Shown: positions 23,101 through 27,082 of the stretch, one piece after another
Position numbering within the stretch: the first letter of the stretch is position 1
Layout of the letters: each line of letters begins with the position of its first letter
DNA from: a virus
Taxonomy: Duplodnaviria > Caudoviricetes
Reading direction: 5' to 3' (one strand)
IMG/VR virus record: IMGVR_UViG_3300020042_010367
Coordinates: 1-27,082 of that record
Length of the DNA stretch: 27,082 bases
Notes under the pieces: model-generated
Told to the model about the DNA's origin: nothing
Database searches by the model: none
Seen by the model: the letters and a program-made list of their open reading frames with translations, nothing else
Position numbers and translations under genes: made by a program

Positions 23101-23537
23101 TCGAAGAACTGCATCGGGTTTACGCTAAGAATGCAAGTACTAACGATACACTGATGTATAATTCGGGCAGCGGATCTTGGTTTGCTCGTCAAATCACAAC
23201 TGGAGATGTTTCTGGTATTTCGTCTTACGCTTTAGCCGCTAACACTGGTTCCTTTGTCACATCAAATGCCACTGGCGCATTCTTAACCACAGGAGCGGCT
23301 GACTCTCGCTACTATAATATTTCAAACGGACAATCAATTAGTGGCTTTGCCACTACTGGTTTTAACGATGCCGTCACTGGCATGACTATTACTGGAGACG
23401 CTACTAAAACCATCACTCTTTTCCAAAGAGGAGGTTCGACTGTTTCTAGTTCATTTACTGATAATACTGGAACTGGCGGGGGCGGGGGCGGGGCAAGCGA
23501 TACACCAATTTCTTTAATTTCATCAATTTGGAGTTAA
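20100..23537 (+). CDS. Tail-fibre-like protein with trypsin-like serine protease domain and Thr/Gly repeats
   Basis: HASSHAPGG.D, GDQNISGVKTF and GNETISGIKNF fibre motifs; TLISPRH...NH / GDV / GDSASP protease motifs; TGxF(V/I/L)T repeats; C-terminal KGQPVY domain. Confidence 0.85.
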   Translation: MADISIVINPAETISANILPPNSISIGTADSYPPHASSHAPGGYDSLSSYYVATGDLTGYVNKSQTGYLSGTFYPYSANPAGYVQGAVVRPSNTGNFVDKASAVLITGDQNISGVKTFYSRPSVSGIGLQTTGEYATFNLWDEFSGELYPYPKNDLNRSYNTLKRAENNSGPSGATIWFNIPQWTGAKPSSTGVSSFYNTGFWARDYDWSCVSFKGSRTNSGNASVPLTLISPRHAMGVNHIGDGPGAKCAFVSNKETGYTWEATIASTTNLSGDVRLYTFTSDAPSEIRPASIIGSPPKSIWEYGTLNFTRVLTVQDSTVLFDRLGNIASGAGFQSGSLIISHLPDYSSRYTGIHKNGDSASPVFFPLQDGRLVFIGAASTVSTVGFIGDPVIRSGISAVITGHTVDTWNVPAVQTSGLMPVSGQFSRIGSISNKWREVYAENIHADNLYGNLGEYDLYPYNEYLYGGSVVVASDLHGLTFNTHYVGTSNTINFSGIYSETFWTRFVIPNSGASVNFSSSGPTLLMPNGSGFSGVGYVIEVRGVGDNKLLIQPISEPPSVAGSTGYLTGYVNKTETGNFYPRSNPSGYITPGQTGNFITTSQTGQFVSTGSTGSFVTGSVVRPSETGAFLTTGQTGVFITSSQTGQFVSTGSTGSFVTGSVVRPSETGNFITTFQTGQFVSTGSTGNFVTGSVVRPSETGSFITSSQTGQFVSTGATGSFVVSSQTGAFLTTGAADSRYALQSATGAFVTTGQTGQFVTGSVVRPSETGIFITTGQTGSFITASQTGAFYPNSNPSGYITGVDLSSYATTSYVTGVSGYLQYQISNFSGSSSTGSYVSLTGNETISGIKNFISRPTVNTTGVLISGDAVDTIHLYGKNSESFTLNKGQPVYIGGANGANPLIKRSSNTGESDSSKTIGLLAQDLNSNDFGYIVSEGILEGFNTSAATAGDPMWLGATGDILFGTGNKPYGNNHLVYLGVVLRSQSSNGKVYVKPQNGFEIEELHRVYAKNASTNDTLMYNSGSGSWFARQITTGDVSGISSYALAANTGSFVTSNATGAFLTTGAADSRYYNISNGQSISGFATTGFNDAVTGMTITGDATKTITLFQRGGSTVSSSFTDNTGTGGGGGGASDTPISLISSIWS
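21792..22500 (+). repeat. Coding tandem repeats (S/Q/E)TGxF(V/I/L)(T/S) and GSVVRPSETG
   Basis: 9-14 aa units; GSVVRPSETG occurs four times here with divergent synonymous positions. Confidence 0.9.
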
Positions 23538-23556
23538 TATTAACTAAATAAAATAT

Positions 23557-24015
23557 ATGGCAAAAACTACTACAAATCCATTCACACAGACAATCAGAAA
23601 CCTAGATGTCTCGTTATTAAATGCAACGTCATTCATTGCTGCTAATGGTGGAACTAATCCTACAAATACAGTTGAACTATTAACAGCAGGTAGTGAAGGT
23701 TCTATTCTCAAATCACTCATCGTAGCAAGTGATGATTCTTCTGCTCGTACAATTTCTTTTTACTTATCAACGGACGCTGGAACCACAAAGTTTTTACTTT
23801 TTAGTGTTCCTGTGGCTATCGCTTCTGGTTCTAATGGAACCACAGTTAATGTTGATGTTTTAAATAACGCTTTTGTTCAAGGTTTGCAAATTGATCAAAG
23901 TGGTCGTCCCATAATCGCTTTGGAAGCAAATTCTAAAATTTATATGGGCGTGATTACAGCGGCAGTCACATCAGGCAGAACGTTACATGTAGTTGCTTCT
24001 TTGGAGGATTTTTAA
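23557..24015 (+). CDS. Putative virion structural protein (152 aa)
   Basis: ORF track; beta-rich with TAGSEGS.LKSL pattern; lies in the fibre cluster. Confidence 0.7.
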   Translation: MAKTTTNPFTQTIRNLDVSLLNATSFIAANGGTNPTNTVELLTAGSEGSILKSLIVASDDSSARTISFYLSTDAGTTKFLLFSVPVAIASGSNGTTVNVDVLNNAFVQGLQIDQSGRPIIALEANSKIYMGVITAAVTSGRTLHVVASLEDF

Positions 24016-24018
24016 TTT

Positions 24019-25116
24019 ATGAATAGCGGTATTGTTGGAGCATTAGCAGCAGCGCCTTTACAAACTGTAAAGGCTCGATTGAGTAATTTTCAAGGTCGTT
24101 CATTTCTTACGTTTGATAAGTTTAGAAGAATTTTTAATACGATAAGTCCCAACAATGTAACTAATGCGTTACAGTTAGAGGCTATTGGTGGTACAACAAA
24201 TGTTGATCTCGTCCTAACGCCAAAAGGCGAAGGAGCCTTTATCCTTGGCCCCGCTCCAGATAGCACAGGCACTGGCGGCAACAAACGAGGTCAATATGCA
24301 GTCGATTTGCAACTCAACAAAAGTGCCACCGCATCCCGCGTTGCATCGGGCAATTATTCGTTTCTCGCAGGGCTTGGTGGGAGTTCTACAGCCGACGCGA
24401 CCACTTCAATAGGCCAGGGAAACTTAGTGACTGCTAACTATGCAGTTGGCCTTGGCTATGGTAATAGCGCTTCGGGTCTTGCATCTGTCTCTCTTGGATA
24501 CAGCAACGCTAACAGCGGCACGGTATCGGTGGCTTTAGGGCAAAGCAATATCACCAGCAACAATCGCAGCTACGCTATCGGAAACAGCAACACAGCTAGC
24601 GGTGATGCATCAGGAGCAATGGGCGACACATGCACGGCATCCGCAAAAAGTGCTTTAGCAACAGGGCTTCAGGCACTTGCGTCACGCTACGCTCAGAAGG
24701 CTCACTCGGCAGGGCAATTCGCAGCCGTTGGTGATGCACAAGCGGTACAGTTTGTAGTGAGAAACAAAACAACTAATGGCACAGCGGTAACGCTCTTTTT
24801 AGACGGAGCGAGCACAAGGCTAACTATACCAAGTGGGCGAATTTTTTCTGGAATAATTAATATCGTCGGCAGCAAATCAGATGGGACAGCAGTTGCTAGA
24901 TATTTAAGACAAGTAACGATTAAAAATGTTGCTGGTACTACTTCACTAGTTGGTGATGTTGTAACTATCGGGTCTGATGAGGTCGCTGCAACTAGCATTA
25001 GCATCACCGCTGACGACACAAATGACGCTTTGAGCATCCAAGTAACAGGAATCTCTCCTGAGACTTGGCGCTGGGTTGCAACAATTGATGGTGCTGAGTT
25101 AGCGTATGGAGTATAA
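24019..25116 (+). CDS. Tail fibre/adhesin with YadA-head-like repeats
   Basis: LVLTPKGEG, GGNKRG.YAVDLQ, then about eight 14-residue ASGxxSxAxGxxNx repeats (about 24343-24685) and a beta-sandwich C-terminus. Confidence 0.8.
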   Translation: MNSGIVGALAAAPLQTVKARLSNFQGRSFLTFDKFRRIFNTISPNNVTNALQLEAIGGTTNVDLVLTPKGEGAFILGPAPDSTGTGGNKRGQYAVDLQLNKSATASRVASGNYSFLAGLGGSSTADATTSIGQGNLVTANYAVGLGYGNSASGLASVSLGYSNANSGTVSVALGQSNITSNNRSYAIGNSNTASGDASGAMGDTCTASAKSALATGLQALASRYAQKAHSAGQFAAVGDAQAVQFVVRNKTTNGTAVTLFLDGASTRLTIPSGRIFSGIINIVGSKSDGTAVARYLRQVTIKNVAGTTSLVGDVVTIGSDEVAATSISITADDTNDALSIQVTGISPETWRWVATIDGAELAYGV

Positions 25117-25119
25117 TTT

Positions 25120-25743
25120 ATGAAAACATTTGGAATATTAGAAACACAAACTCTTGTTAGTTTATATCTTAATGATGATGGAACTATCAATCTAGAACTT
25201 ATTCGTCCTAGAGACAAATGGGAACAAGACAACTCGGCTGCTCCTTGGAATCAGGAAAACCCTAACCTAGATACTGATTGGAGTAGTTCAATTTGGGAAC
25301 CACCAACAATTGTTCCTTTAGTTAAGTTGCCTCAACCACAACTTGATCCAGTTACAGAATATTGTGAACCTAAATTAGTTTGGTTTGAAGACCGTGTAGA
25401 GCGTGATTGGGAAATTAAAACTATTCCTCCAATTCCACCTGAACAAATTGCAGAAGAGGCTGCACGCAAAGCTGCTAAACTAGCTATAGCTGAAAAACAA
25501 AAAAGATTATATACACCGTATCTTGTTTTACCAGAGAACTTTTACCTAGTAACAACAGTTGAAGATCAAAACGCATTTACTCGTCTGTTGACACTATTAA
25601 CTCTTGCTAATGCAGATAATAATTCTCAAACAACAATTTCAGACTCTTCTGGTGTATATCATCAATTATCAGTCTCACGTTTTAAAGAAATTATGATTTC
25701 TTACGGTTTAGAAATTCATCAACGTTGGATTCAATATAAATAA
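25120..25743 (+). CDS. Putative tail fibre assembly/chaperone protein
   Basis: P.LDPVTEY...W.IKTIPP segment followed by a helical domain ending ISDSSGVYHQLS...YG, typical of genes following fibres. Confidence 0.55.
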   Translation: MKTFGILETQTLVSLYLNDDGTINLELIRPRDKWEQDNSAAPWNQENPNLDTDWSSSIWEPPTIVPLVKLPQPQLDPVTEYCEPKLVWFEDRVERDWEIKTIPPIPPEQIAEEAARKAAKLAIAEKQKRLYTPYLVLPENFYLVTTVEDQNAFTRLLTLLTLANADNNSQTTISDSSGVYHQLSVSRFKEIMISYGLEIHQRWIQYK

Positions 25744-25754
25744 CATTAGAGATT

Positions 25755-26408
25755 ATGCCAGACCCACATTTCGCAAACACACCTGCATTTTTTAAAGAAC
25801 TGACCACAGCAGTTGTACCTTCTTCTGGTCAGATGGCTCTTTATTTTAAAACAGATGGTAATCTATATAAAAAAGATGATTTAAACGTTGAAACAGCAGT
25901 AGGTGGTAGCACATCAGCGATCAACTACACATATTTAGGCGAGTTTACCGCAACAGCGGCTGCTCTTGTGGCAGCGGATAATATTTTCAATGACACCCTG
26001 TATGATTCGTATATCTGGGAATTATCAGCTACACCCGCAACAAACAATGTTAACTTGATAGTGTATTTAAGAAATGCGACTCCAGCTAATGCAGCAACAG
26101 TCGCAAGAACTGGTGGTTATTACGTTGGAATAACGACTGGTATTGCTGGTACAACCGCTGTATCAGGGTCTATAGCTTCTGAAATGCTAAATACCAAACC
26201 GTGTTCATTTAGAGGTACATTAATATTTCAGTCAGCGACAAATAATTACGGTTTTTTTGAGGGCTTATCCCCACAAGTCGCTGATAGTTATACATTAAAT
26301 TACGGTTATGCGTTTACCGATACAACGCTTCGGCAAGGTATCGCATTTGGTTATTCAGCAGGCAATGTGGCTAGTGCAACTCTTAAAGTTTGGGGGAGAA
26401 AAAGATGA
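25755..26408 (+). CDS. Putative tail fibre / receptor-binding protein
   Basis: PSSGQMALYFKTDGNLYKK attachment-like motif and a C-terminal beta-sandwich ending GNVASATLKVWG. Confidence 0.65.
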   Translation: MPDPHFANTPAFFKELTTAVVPSSGQMALYFKTDGNLYKKDDLNVETAVGGSTSAINYTYLGEFTATAAALVAADNIFNDTLYDSYIWELSATPATNNVNLIVYLRNATPANAATVARTGGYYVGITTGIAGTTAVSGSIASEMLNTKPCSFRGTLIFQSATNNYGFFEGLSPQVADSYTLNYGYAFTDTTLRQGIAFGYSAGNVASATLKVWGRKR

Positions 26409-26779
26409 TGAACAGAGAACAAATAAAACAAGAATTGAGAGATGAAAATCCTTCTTCTCATATAAATGGTATTTTATATACCACAGGAGATGTTGCTTAT
26501 GAGGAACTATTGGAACAATGGGTAGATGCCCGTGTAGAACAGTTTGACACCACTCCTCCCATTATTGTGAGCTTTCGCGCTCTCGCCTTCGCGCTTGAAG
26601 CTGCTGGACTTTACTCTACTGTTAAAGCCGCCGCTCTAGCTACTACAGAGGGAGAAATCTGGTGGGAAACCGCAAAGTCTTCAACTGTTGCTCGCGATCA
26701 TCCATTTGTTGCTCAATTGCAATCAGTTCTAGGAAAGACAGATGCAGAGATTGACGCAATCTTTGATGCTGCAAAATAA
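26405..26779 (+). CDS. Fibre-associated phage protein
   Basis: Pattern VS.R....AL...GL...V....IWWE.A....R.HP.V..L...LG.TD.EIDAIF.AA. Start at ATG 26405 by ATGA overlap (track start 26390). Confidence 0.7.
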   Translation: MMNREQIKQELRDENPSSHINGILYTTGDVAYEELLEQWVDARVEQFDTTPPIIVSFRALAFALEAAGLYSTVKAAALATTEGEIWWETAKSSTVARDHPFVAQLQSVLGKTDAEIDAIFDAAK

Positions 26780-27082
26780 TGAATGCTAAATTTATCATAT
26801 TAATTATGGGCAGAAGTGGCGCTGGGAAATCCACATATTATAATAAATATAAAGACTCATTCGAATCTCATTTGTACCTCAACAATGACAGCGTTCGACA
26901 ATCTAGTGACAATAAAGATTTTTCAATTCAAGGAAGATTAAATGCCGCAAAAGAAATGACCAAACGAATTTCTAATTCTGAAAATGAATTGGTAGTGGTT
27001 GATATGATTTGCCCACTAAAAGAAATGAGAAAGATTATATCTCCTCACATGATAATCTGGATCGACAGAGAGTTCGAAAGCT
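26779..27082 (+). CDS. Adenylylsulfate (APS) kinase-like P-loop kinase, truncated by the window edge
   Basis: Not in the ORF track. Hand translation MNAKFIILIMGRSGAGKST...LNNDSVR....DFSIQGR...VVVDMICPLKEMRK...IIWID. Walker A plus CysC-like D.VR, FS...R and I(S/C)P...R motifs; TAATG coupling. Confidence 0.75.
   Translation, partial: MNAKFIILIMGRSGAGKSTYYNKYKDSFESHLYLNNDSVRQSSDNKDFSIQGRLNAAKEMTKRISNSENELVVVDMICPLKEMRKIISPHMIIWIDREFES

Noticed and set aside
23475-23493. (GGCGGG)3 tract as a G-quadruplex or phase-variable site
   Set aside because: It encodes a Gly6 linker near a fibre C-terminus and has only three runs of three or more G.
12007-26834. Nested or antisense ORFs in the structural arm (12007..12306, 12045..12275, 15190..15402, 20061..20354, 20819..21031, 22096..22293, 22269..22457, 22318..22500, 24090..24284, 24702..25232, 26643..26834)
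   Set aside because: They lie within or across long tail genes and are explained by codon bias and repeat structure.
1-27082. Eukaryotic giant virus origin, alternative genetic code, tRNA or other RNA genes
   Set aside because: Lambda-like tail-tip genes, sigma70 promoters and an ECF sigma indicate a bacteriophage. Genes are full-length under code 11 with TAA, TAG and TGA all used as stops. No cloverleaf-like sequence was seen in the few small intergenic gaps.

Overview
This window is a 27-kb segment of an AT-rich tailed dsDNA bacteriophage using the standard genetic code. The left arm (1-11527) is almost entirely minus strand and carries host-takeover and metabolic genes: a prolyl-4-hydroxylase-type 2OG-Fe(II) oxygenase, a metallophosphoesterase, UV endonuclease UvsE, a minimal protein kinase, an ECF sigma factor resembling those of Planctomycetota/Verrucomicrobiota, ThyX, a T4 beta-glucosyltransferase-like enzyme, a PAPS-dependent sulfotransferase, a PD-(D/E)XK nuclease and scattered lysis-like genes. 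Six sigma70-type promoters lie in this arm, mostly with 16-bp spacers and nearly leaderless. The right arm (11526-27082, plus strand) holds a lambda-like tail-tip module (gpL, gpK, gpI, gpJ). It is followed by fibre-like proteins with an extensin-like polyproline arm, Thr/Gly repeats, a trypsin-like protease domain and YadA-like repeats, then a truncated APS-kinase-like gene. The most interesting hypothesis is a phage-encoded glycosylation plus sulfation pathway (BGT-like transferase, sulfotransferase, APS kinase) acting on DNA or on virion proteins. A second is a prolyl hydroxylase paired with a polyproline tail protein. All family calls come from motif recognition by eye; no searches were run.
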